Source: an uncultured bacterium | Lineage (GTDB): Bacteria; CAIJMQ01 | Length of the DNA stretch: 46,714 nucleotides | Direction: 5' to 3' | Assembly: GCA_964573245.1 (NCBI GenBank) | Contig: CAZNJA010000002.1 | Location: forward strand, 1 to 46,714 | Part shown: positions 19,316 through 26,936 of the stretch, in pieces | Layout: the number at the start of each line of letters is the position of its first letter | Position numbering within the stretch: position 1 is the stretch's first letter | The notes under the pieces: generated by a model | Database searches by the model: none | Seen by the model: the letters and a program-made list of their open reading frames with translations, nothing else | Told to the model about the DNA's origin: nothing | Made by a program: the position numbers and the translations under genes

Positions 19316-20536
19316 ATGGATACAAATCTTGTTCTCCTCCTCAGCAGTTTTCTTATAGGGCTATATGTGGCATGGAATATTGGTGCAAACGATGCGGCAA
19401 ATTCCATGGGCTCTTCTGTAGGAGCAAAAGCCATCACCTTCAAACAGGCAATATTTATAGCGTCCATCCTTACTTTCGTTGGAGCTACATTCATAGGTTC
19501 ACATGTTACTGACACGGTTAGAAAAGGAATTGTAGACCCTGCTTTCATAAAAAATCCCGAGGTGGCAATTATTGGATTCATATCTGCACTTCTTGCTTCT
19601 GGATTATGGATTACTTTTGCTACTTGGAAATCTCTGCCCATATCAACCACTCATTCCATTATCGGTTCGCTGATAGGTTTTGGTCTTATTTACGGAGGCA
19701 TAGACATGGTCAACTGGCTAAAGGTGGGGGAGATTACACTTTCATGGATAACTTCTCCTATATTTGCGGGATTGCTTGCTTTTATAATTTTTAAGTTTAT
19801 AGTGAAATTCATTTTAAAATCAAAGGATAGAAGAAAGGCAATCGCAGTAGCTTCTCCACTCTTCATAATTGTTACAGTTTCTATCATATTTTTTTCCCTC
19901 ATGTTTAAAACCAAATTAGGCAGTTCACTACAGGGAGAGAAATTACTAATTGCTATATTCATAGCAATAGCAACTATGATTTTATTATGGTTATGGAATA
20001 GGCAACTTACGGTAAAAGTCGGAAGAGTAGAGCGTATTTTCAGAAGACTTCAAATAATGACAGCTGCTTATATGGCTTTATCAATCGGCTCCAACGATGT
20101 AGCGAATGCTGTCGGTCCTGTGGCCGCCATATATTCCATAATAAAGACCGGAGAAATGGGTTCCCAAGTAGCTGTGCCTATATGGCTTTTGGCTTTCGGG
20201 GGAATAGGTATTGCGCTTGGTATCAGCACCTGGGGTTACAAAGTAATACAAACGATAGGGCACAAAATTACAAAACTAAGCAATACCCGGGGATTTACCC
20301 TGGAATTTTCAGCGGCTACTTCAGTATTAATTGCATCAAAACTTGGTATGCCTGTATCTACCACGCATGCGATAGTCGGCGCGGTTGTTGGTATCGGGCT
20401 TGCAAAAGGGTTAGATGCAATAGATTTGGGAGTAGTAAAGAAAATAATCTATTCTTGGTTTCTTACGGTTCCGGTGACCGCTATATTGACTATTCCCGTA
20501 TATTTATGTTTAATGAAATTATTTAACCCCGTTTAG
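19316..20536 (+). CDS. Inorganic phosphate transporter, PiT family
   Basis: 406 aa, polytopic. Duplicated GANDAANSMG / GSNDVANAVGP signature motifs. Confidence 0.92.
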   Translation: MDTNLVLLLSSFLIGLYVAWNIGANDAANSMGSSVGAKAITFKQAIFIASILTFVGATFIGSHVTDTVRKGIVDPAFIKNPEVAIIGFISALLASGLWITFATWKSLPISTTHSIIGSLIGFGLIYGGIDMVNWLKVGEITLSWITSPIFAGLLAFIIFKFIVKFILKSKDRRKAIAVASPLFIIVTVSIIFFSLMFKTKLGSSLQGEKLLIAIFIAIATMILLWLWNRQLTVKVGRVERIFRRLQIMTAAYMALSIGSNDVANAVGPVAAIYSIIKTGEMGSQVAVPIWLLAFGGIGIALGISTWGYKVIQTIGHKITKLSNTRGFTLEFSAATSVLIASKLGMPVSTTHAIVGAVVGIGLAKGLDAIDLGVVKKIIYSWFLTVPVTAILTIPVYLCLMKLFNPV

Positions 20537-20603
20537 AGATTAAAAAGAAAGGTTATGTTATATATAAATTTACTAAGAATAAATAAGAAGTTTTTATATA
20601 TCA

Positions 20604-20652
20604 ACCCCGTGTTTACGCTCCGACGTAACGTCGGAGCTATCTCTAACGGGGT
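20604..20652. repeat. Nested GC-rich palindromic element (outer ACCCCGT/ACGGGGT, inner GCTCCGACGT-A-ACGTCGGAGC)
   Basis: Direct reading. The inner 21-nt palindrome is shared with the copy inside folC (22737-22757). It ends 4 nt before the AGGAGG RBS of the DUF47 gene. Confidence 0.85.
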
Positions 20653-20671
20653 AAATAGGAGGTGATATTAT

Positions 20672-21343
20672 ATGCCGCGTATACCTATAGTGGGAGCATT
20701 GAGAGTTTCACCTTTTGATAAACTCTTGGAGCATGCTAAAAAGACAAAAGAAGGCATGGCAGTTTTAAAAGATTGCATAACAACTTATTGCGAAGGAGAT
20801 TACGAAAAAAGCGAAAAGTTAAGCCAAAAAGTTGCCGAACTGGAACATGAAGCAGACCTTATAAAAGGCAACATCACGGCACACCTGCCAAAAGAAATTC
20901 TTCTTTCGGTGGACGTAGGCGTATTCCTGCGACTCTTAAACGAGCAGGATTCAATATTGGATTTTGCGGAAAACGCCGTTGTATGGATGCATTTCCGCCA
21001 AACAAAAGTGCCTGCGGAAATTAAAGGCGACCTATTGAGCCATCTTTATAAAGTTATAGAATGCATTGAATCGTTTGAAAAAGTGATAATACACGTGAAA
21101 GAGCTTATTTCCTTTACCGGTTCAGACAAACTCCGCGACCAGATAAAAGAAATCATCAAAGAAGTCCACCTAAAAGAATGGGAAGATGACCAGATAGGAA
21201 AAGTTTTCGCAAAAAAGGCATTCAATCTTCCTGTTGACCCTTTATCAGTATATCATCTGCTAAAATTGGGCAACCTCATCGGACAAATCGCCAAACACGC
21301 CGAAAACGCCGCCGATAGAGTAAGAACGATGATAGCGAGGTAG
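20672..21343 (+). CDS. DUF47 / TIGR00153 family protein (PhoU-like partner of PiT transporters)
   Basis: 223 aa, helical. F..L..HA.........L.......GD......L...V..LE.EAD..K is typical of DUF47. Strong AGGAGGTG RBS. Adjacent to the PiT gene. Confidence 0.8.
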   Translation: MPRIPIVGALRVSPFDKLLEHAKKTKEGMAVLKDCITTYCEGDYEKSEKLSQKVAELEHEADLIKGNITAHLPKEILLSVDVGVFLRLLNEQDSILDFAENAVVWMHFRQTKVPAEIKGDLLSHLYKVIECIESFEKVIIHVKELISFTGSDKLRDQIKEIIKEVHLKEWEDDQIGKVFAKKAFNLPVDPLSVYHLLKLGNLIGQIAKHAENAADRVRTMIAR

Positions 21344-21344
21344 T

Positions 21345-21398
21345 AACTCGCAACTACAGAAAACGGTTATCGGTTTTCGGTTATCGGTGTTCGTTAAA
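21345..21398. repeat. Heptanucleotide direct array (AACTCGC AACTACA ... CGGTTAT CGGTTTT CGGTTAT CGGTGTT CGTTAAA)
   Basis: Direct reading. It fills the convergent spacer between the DUF47 gene and the orphan gene and overlaps the orphan gene's stop codon (21394-21396). Confidence 0.8.
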
Positions 21399-22038
21399 AT
21401 TTTGCTTGCTGTATAGAATTTTTTAATTCTTCATCCATCTTAATTAATGCATTTGGATTCTCATACAAGTAATTTTTAAACCTATCACTGTAAAAAACCA
21501 CAGCTTGCAGTTTCTCCCACTTAGGGGGCTTCTCACCTTGAAATCTACTATGAAACATTTCATATGTTGCATCATCAAAATTAGAATGGTGAGTTCCCCA
21601 TGCATCCGTAAGAAGAAAAACAATATTCAAACAATCTTTATTTAATTTTAGTTGTTTGTAAGCTTCCCCGATTTTATCTATGATTGTTTTCAAAGTTGAA
21701 AATTCTGAGGGAATTTCATTAATTAAAGCTTCTTCTTCTGGTAAATGATTAATATCCACTTTCCTAGTGAAAGGTGGGTTATTCAGTATCTTTTGTCTCT
21801 GGGTGAAATAGATTGTCTTTACTTCAGCACTATATGTCTTGTTTTTGTATTCAAAAACTATGTCATGAGAACACTCCATACATTTTATTTCTAAATTTTC
21901 CAAGTGGCTTAACATCTTGGCTATAACAAGCTGATTAATATAATCTTGTTTTTGTTTTTCGTTATTTGCAATTTTCTTTTTCACCTTATCAAAACCAGAG
22001 GTGTTACTTAAACAATTAAAAGCATCCAAATTTTCCAT
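21394..22038 (-). CDS. Hypothetical protein; possible PD-(D/E)xK nuclease-fold orphan
   Basis: 214 aa with no family I can name. The segment ...SHDIVFEYKNKTYSAEVKTI... fits D-x(n)-E-x-K spacing on predicted beta strands. Two 60-nt samples I counted gave 22% and 32% GC, against 37% in a folC sample. No SD sequence upstream. Confidence 0.45.
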   Translation of the reverse strand: MENLDAFNCLSNTSGFDKVKKKIANNEKQKQDYINQLVIAKMLSHLENLEIKCMECSHDIVFEYKNKTYSAEVKTIYFTQRQKILNNPPFTRKVDINHLPEEEALINEIPSEFSTLKTIIDKIGEAYKQLKLNKDCLNIVFLLTDAWGTHHSNFDDATYEMFHSRFQGEKPPKWEKLQAVVFYSDRFKNYLYENPNALIKMDEELKNSIQQAKF

Positions 22039-22059
22039 TTTGATTTTTAATTGGTTTTA

Positions 22060-23469
22060 TTATTCCTGTTTCTTCTTCAATAGTATACTTCTAGCCTCTC
22101 CTACCAAATACAAAGAGCCGCAGACAAGGATAATATCATTACTCCCTTTATTTTTCTTAAGTTTTTTTATGGTTGATGAAAGATTCTTGCTTGTTGTTAT
22201 GTTTGCATTGTAAGTTTCCCCATCTTTCTTCAGTTCCTCCAAAGAAACAGCTCTTTCGGTATTGGGTTTAGCTAAAATTATCTCATTTGCCAGGGGGAAA
22301 ATTTCTCGCATGATTTCCTCTCTGTCTTTATCTTTAAGTATTCCGAAAAGAATAGTAATTTTTTTATCTTTTTTTAATTTCAAGATTTCTTCTCTCAACA
22401 TCCCTGCCGCCTGCGGATTATGCGCTCCGTCGAGAATAAATATGGGGGGTTTTTTTCCAACACCAAAATTTTCCTGCCCGCCAAGATTTGGCAGGCGGGG
22501 GTGTGGGGACAGGCCTATGACCTCCAGTCTTCCTGACCAGGTAGTTTTCTGCAAGCCTTTATATATATGTTCTTTTTTAATTTTGAATTTTTCGGATAAT
22601 ATTTCGGATGCGGCAACAGCCAAACTTGCGTTCGTATGCTGCCATTTGCCTTTTAAATTTATTACAACATTCGGATAAGAACCTTTTATACCCTTAATAT
22701 TTAATGTTTGACCCAAGAAATACTCCCCGCCTGCTTGCTCCGACGTTACGTCGGAGCGGGCAGGTTTGTATTTTTTCACGAAAAAATCTTTACCGTATAT
22801 AAAAATAGGCGATTTTTTTTCTTTTGCAAGTTCGTTCAGAGTACCAAGCGCTTCTCCTTCAGCGCCCGTAACCAGAGGAGTGTTTTTCCTTATGATCCCG
22901 CCCTTTTCTTTTGCGATGGACGAAACGGTTTTTCCCAGATAATTCGTATGCTCAAGCCCAATACTCGTTATTACCGAAAGGATTGGTTCGGATACATTCG
23001 TGGCATCAAGCCGTCCGCCAAGACCCACTTCATAAACAGCGGCGTTTATTTTTTCCTTCCTGAAATATAAAAATGAAAGCGCTGTCAACACTTCGAAAAA
23101 AGTCGGTCGCGAATAAGGCGGGCAATCGAAGATTTTTTTGATTTCTTTTTTCAATTCGTCCGTAAGGCAAGCAAAAGCCATCCGCGGTATATCCGTTTTT
23201 TTATCACCTCGAAGTATACTGATTCTTTCTCTTATTGTTATAAGATGCGGAGAAGTGTATAGGCCGATTTTCAATCCTGTTTCTCGCAAGATATGAGCAA
23301 TAAAAGAAGCAACAGAACCCTTGCCATTTGTGCCGGCTACCAGAATGACAGGATACGAAAGATGCGGACTATCAAAATGTTCAAGGAGTTTTCTGATATT
23401 GGAAAGACCTAATTTAATTCCCTGCCCTTCTAAACCATAAAGCCAGTTGAGGGATTGTTTGTAAGTCAT
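22060..23469 (-). CDS. folC: Bifunctional folylpolyglutamate synthase / dihydrofolate synthase
   Basis: 469 aa. Mur-ligase P-loop VAGTNGKGSV, TSPHL, typical N-terminus LNWLY......GIKLGL.N...LL. It contains two GC-rich hairpin segments in-frame. Confidence 0.9.
   Translation of the reverse strand: MTYKQSLNWLYGLEGQGIKLGLSNIRKLLEHFDSPHLSYPVILVAGTNGKGSVASFIAHILRETGLKIGLYTSPHLITIRERISILRGDKKTDIPRMAFACLTDELKKEIKKIFDCPPYSRPTFFEVLTALSFLYFRKEKINAAVYEVGLGGRLDATNVSEPILSVITSIGLEHTNYLGKTVSSIAKEKGGIIRKNTPLVTGAEGEALGTLNELAKEKKSPIFIYGKDFFVKKYKPARSDVTSEQAGGEYFLGQTLNIKGIKGSYPNVVINLKGKWQHTNASLAVAASEILSEKFKIKKEHIYKGLQKTTWSGRLEVIGLSPHPRLPNLGGQENFGVGKKPPIFILDGAHNPQAAGMLREEILKLKKDKKITILFGILKDKDREEIMREIFPLANEIILAKPNTERAVSLEELKKDGETYNANITTSKNLSSTIKKLKKNKGSNDIILVCGSLYLVGEARSILLKKKQE
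22472..22518. repeat. GC-clamp hairpin segment inside folC (CCTGCCCGCC-AAGATTT-GGCAGGCGGGGG plus GTGTGGGGACAGG)
   Basis: Direct reading. CCCGCC/GGCGGG or CCTGCC/GGCAGG can pair. The flanks match those of the 22725-22765 element in the opposite orientation. It encodes ...LSPHPRLPNLGGQEN... Confidence 0.6.
22725..22765. repeat. 41-nt GC-rich palindromic element inside folC, in-frame
   Basis: CCCCGCCTGCTTGCTCCGACGTTACGTCGGAGCGGGCAGGT, 29/41 G+C. It shares 33/41 identity with 29135-29175. It encodes KPARSDVTSEQAGGE. Confidence 0.85.
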
Positions 23470-23481
23470 ATCTATGAAAAT

Positions 23482-23562
23482 GGATACTCGATGCTTGATA
23501 CTAGATTCTAGTTAATAAATCCTCCTGCTTTTACGAGTATCGAGAATCCAGTATCTAGTATC
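23482..23562. repeat. Inverted pair of heptamer arrays: (NGATNCT)x4, 21-nt loop, (GAGTATC GAGAATC CAGTATC TAGTATC)
   Basis: Left arm GGATACT CGATGCT TGATACT AGATTCT at 23482-23509. Right arm at 23535-23562. The 30-nt arms are 22/30 complementary in register. Confidence 0.85.
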
Positions 23563-23570
23563 ATTGTAAG

Positions 23571-24299
23571 TTATTCTTTTTGATTTAAGATTATTTCCCC
23601 TTCTCCTGAGATTTTTCCCTCGTTCAAACTTGCGGAGAAATTCTTCAATATAATTTGATTGTCAAACCAAACAAGGGACATTTCCACACTGTTCATAAGA
23701 ACCGAATATAAAGCCGCTTCCTGAAAAATAGTCATTATTTCAAATGGGCCGTTAGGCAAAAATCCTTTGACATCAAACTGAGCCTCGGCGGGGAGTTTAA
23801 AAGCGCTGTAATCTTTCAGGAAAGGGAAAAAAGAAGATATTTCTTCGAGGAGTACGCCTTCTGCTTTTACATTTACTTGAAAAGGATAAGGCACAACTAA
23901 ATCCATCTCTGCTTGCGCATCAAAAGGAGCAGTGCCCAATTCCCCCTTCAGCGGACCTATATTCAGTTTTTTATCTTTTACGGTAAAACTCCCGTTAAGA
24001 TGATTAATTTCCTTATCCCATTCGTTCAAAAGAATTCTGCCTTCGTTTATATTGCCTTCGGCTTTTAACAAAACTTCTTCAGAAAGTTCGGATTTATAAA
24101 AAAGAAAAAACACGTTGGCTCGCCCATCTAACACTTGGATTCTTGTGTCCAACAAAGGAATTTCAGATAGTGGAATGTCTTCCCACTTTATGCTGAATTG
24201 CCAATTGACATTATTTTCGGAAGGTTGGCATAGAACCAAAGTGTTGGACAATATAAAAAAGCATACAAAGAAGATTATATTTCTAAAGAGATTTTTCAC
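23571..24299 (-). CDS. Hypothetical secreted/periplasmic protein (possibly AsmA/TamB-like fragment)
   Basis: 242 aa with signal peptide MKNLFRNIIFFVCFFILSNTLVLCQPS and a beta-rich sequence. GTG start. The family assignment is tentative. Confidence 0.5.
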   Translation of the reverse strand: MKNLFRNIIFFVCFFILSNTLVLCQPSENNVNWQFSIKWEDIPLSEIPLLDTRIQVLDGRANVFFLFYKSELSEEVLLKAEGNINEGRILLNEWDKEINHLNGSFTVKDKKLNIGPLKGELGTAPFDAQAEMDLVVPYPFQVNVKAEGVLLEEISSFFPFLKDYSAFKLPAEAQFDVKGFLPNGPFEIMTIFQEAALYSVLMNSVEMSLVWFDNQIILKNFSASLNEGKISGEGEIILNQKE

Positions 24300-24306
24300 T
24301 TTAAAA

Positions 24307-24338
24307 GTAAAAAGACCGCCACTTTTTAAATGGAGGCC
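24307..24338 (-). terminator. Rho-independent terminator candidate after clpC
   Basis: The minus strand reads GGCCUCCA-UUUAAAAAG-UGGCGGUC followed by UUUUUAC. The stem has 7 of 8 pairs including one G-U. It starts 10 nt after the clpC stop. Confidence 0.5.
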
Positions 24339-24347
24339 ACTTGTTGG

Positions 24348-26915
24348 TTATGTAGTCATTAACGGTTTTTTACCATGCCCCCGCCCAAGAGAACGAGTGC
24401 GTCCTTGCATGTTAGCTTTGCTGTGATATTGCCCAGATAAACGAGCAGTTTTCTTCGAAAAACTCCTGCTTACAAATCTCAATTCGTTGTTCTCCACTTT
24501 AATTTCTACAGTGGAGCCTAAAGAAATTTCGCCTTTCAATATCTTTTCAGCAAGCGGGTCTTCTATAAATTTTTGTATCGCCCTTCTTAAAGGCCGCGCG
24601 CCGTAGATTTTGTCATAACCTTTTTCAATCAAAAATTCGTTGACTTTAGGCGTGTGCTTCAAATCCAGTTTATACTCTTTTAGGCGAATTTTTACTTTTT
24701 CAAGCATTATATCTACGATATGTTTCAAATTATCTTTCGTAAGCGAATGAAAAACCACAATTTCATCTACTCTGTTTACAAATTCAGGCTTGAAAGTTTT
24801 CTTTAATTCGCCCATCAGTTTGTCTTTCATTTGTTGATGTTCTGCCACATCGTCGCAAGAAGATTGAAAACCCAAACTTGAACCTTTTGTCAAAGTATCG
24901 CTTCCTATATTGGAAGTCATTATCAAAACCACATTACGGAAATCTACGGTATGGTTTAGACTATCGGTCAACCTCCCATCTTCCATTACTTGTAACAGGA
25001 TATTGAACGCATCAGGATGCGCCTTTTCAATTTCGTCCAATAAGACGACAGAGTAGGGTTTTCTCCTTACTTTCTCCGTCAATTCGCCGCCCTCTTCATA
25101 ACCAACATATCCCGGAGGAGCGCCGACAAGCCGCGAAACCGCAAACTTTTCCATGAATTCGGACATATCAAGCCTTATCAAAGCTTCTTCGTTTCCAAAC
25201 AAAAATTCGGCTAATGCCCTCGCAAGCTCGGTTTTACCTACACCTGTGGGCCCAAGAAAAACAAATACTCCTATAGGACGCATCGGGTCTTTAAGCCCTG
25301 AACGAGAGCGTCTTATGGTTTTTGCCAAAATCTCAATTGCTTCATTTTGCCCGATTACTCTTTTGTGTATTGCTTCTTCCATTTTAAGCAATCTTCCCGT
25401 TTCCTCTTCTTGAAGTTGCTGTATCGGAACCCCTGTCCATTTGGATATGACTTCCGCAATATCCTGAACATCTACTACAACCCTTCTTTTAAGTTCTATT
25501 TGCTCTTTTAAAATTCGCTCTTTGTCTCTAAGTTGCGCGGCTTTTTCAAAGTCCTGTAATCTTACAGCTTCGCTTTTATCTTTTTGAATGCGAGAAAGTT
25601 CTTCTTCCAATTTAGCGTCTATTTTTGACGGGCTCTTTTTGAATAATTTGGCTTTTGAACAGGACTCGTCTATAACATCTATTGCTTTATCGGGTAAAAA
25701 CCTTTCGGATATATAACGTTCCGCAAAAACAGAGGCTGCCCATACAGAATCATCGGGAATAATAACTTTATGGTGACTTTCATATTTTGTTTTCAATCCT
25801 TTTAATATTTCAACGGTCTCTGCAACAGATGGGGGCTGAACCATAATCGGCTGGAATCTTCTTTCCAGCGCAGAGTCTTTCTCTATATATTTCCTGTATT
25901 CGTTAGGTGTTGTGGCGCCGATACACTGCATTTCTCCTCTTGCAAGAGACGGCTTTAATATGTTGGAAGCGTCAATGGCGCCTTCTGCGGCGCCTGCCCC
26001 TACTAAAGTATGTATTTCGTCAATAAATATAATCACATTGGTGTCCTGCCTTATTTCGTTAAGGACTGCCTTGATCCTTTCTTCAAATTGCCCACGATAT
26101 TTCGTCCCTGCCACCATTAACGCCAAATCAAGAGCAATAATCCTTTTTAACATTAAATCTTCGGGGACATTCCTTCGAACGATTTCCTGCGCCAAACCTT
26201 CCACAATTGCCGTTTTGCCCACACCAGCATCTCCGATAAGGACAGGATTATTCTTTTTTCTTCTACATAAAATCTGCAAAATTCTCTCTATCTCTTCCTT
26301 TCTTCCTATAACAGGGTCTAACCTATTTTCCCTTGCCAACTGCGTAATATCTCTTCCAAAAATACCTAAAGCAGAAGTTTTAGATTTTTTCTGCTGTTGA
26401 GATGAACCGAAAGGGCCGCCTCTTCCAGGTTCCTGTCCACTTCCCAAAGGAAAACGAGTATCGTTGGCGGAAGAAACAAACCCACCTTGAATTTTAATAA
26501 CTTCTTCTCTTGCTTTTTCTACACTTATACCTAAATCGCCAAGGATCTGCGCACCAATACCTTCTTTTTCGCGCAAAACGCCAAGAAGCAAATGCTCAGT
26601 ACCGACATAACTATGCCCCAAAGTCCGCGATTCTTCCACCGCCAATTCTAAAACTCTTCTTGCTTTTGGAGTAAAAGATATTTCTCCAAAACTAAGAACA
26701 TTGGAACCTTTGCCCATTATTTCTTCGGTCGCTTCTTTAAGCAAATCCGCCTTCAGGTTCATTTTTTGTAAAACGGCAAGCGCAACGCCGGAGCCTTCCC
26801 TTAAGATTCCCAAAACGATATGTTCCGTGCCTACAAAGTCGTGGCCTAACCTTCTTGCCTCTTCCTTTGCCAAGGTCAAAACTCTTCTTGCTCTTTCTGT
26901 AAATCTATTATACAT
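24348..26915 (-). CDS. clpC: ATP-dependent Clp protease ATP-binding subunit ClpC (class I Hsp100)
   Basis: 855 aa. Duplicated Clp_N repeats; two AAA modules (GDAGVGKTAIVEGLA and GPTGVGKTELARALA); UVR-like middle motif (...FEKAAQLRDKE...). It carries an unusual basic tail of about 35 aa. Confidence 0.92.
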   Translation of the reverse strand: MYNRFTERARRVLTLAKEEARRLGHDFVGTEHIVLGILREGSGVALAVLQKMNLKADLLKEATEEIMGKGSNVLSFGEISFTPKARRVLELAVEESRTLGHSYVGTEHLLLGVLREKEGIGAQILGDLGISVEKAREEVIKIQGGFVSSANDTRFPLGSGQEPGRGGPFGSSQQQKKSKTSALGIFGRDITQLARENRLDPVIGRKEEIERILQILCRRKKNNPVLIGDAGVGKTAIVEGLAQEIVRRNVPEDLMLKRIIALDLALMVAGTKYRGQFEERIKAVLNEIRQDTNVIIFIDEIHTLVGAGAAEGAIDASNILKPSLARGEMQCIGATTPNEYRKYIEKDSALERRFQPIMVQPPSVAETVEILKGLKTKYESHHKVIIPDDSVWAASVFAERYISERFLPDKAIDVIDESCSKAKLFKKSPSKIDAKLEEELSRIQKDKSEAVRLQDFEKAAQLRDKERILKEQIELKRRVVVDVQDIAEVISKWTGVPIQQLQEEETGRLLKMEEAIHKRVIGQNEAIEILAKTIRRSRSGLKDPMRPIGVFVFLGPTGVGKTELARALAEFLFGNEEALIRLDMSEFMEKFAVSRLVGAPPGYVGYEEGGELTEKVRRKPYSVVLLDEIEKAHPDAFNILLQVMEDGRLTDSLNHTVDFRNVVLIMTSNIGSDTLTKGSSLGFQSSCDDVAEHQQMKDKLMGELKKTFKPEFVNRVDEIVVFHSLTKDNLKHIVDIMLEKVKIRLKEYKLDLKHTPKVNEFLIEKGYDKIYGARPLRRAIQKFIEDPLAEKILKGEISLGSTVEIKVENNELRFVSRSFSKKTARLSGQYHSKANMQGRTRSLGRGHGKKPLMTT

Positions 26916-26936
26916 TTTTTAATTTGTTATCCTATT

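Noticed and set aside
26410-26460. ClpC linker segment encoding RFPLGSGQEPGRGG as another copy of the hairpin element
   Set aside because: The peptide and some words (CCTGTCC, AAAGGAA) resemble the lon insert. However, I could not find a convincing inverted repeat, and the ClpC N-domain/D1 linker is variable in any case. The evidence is too weak to call.
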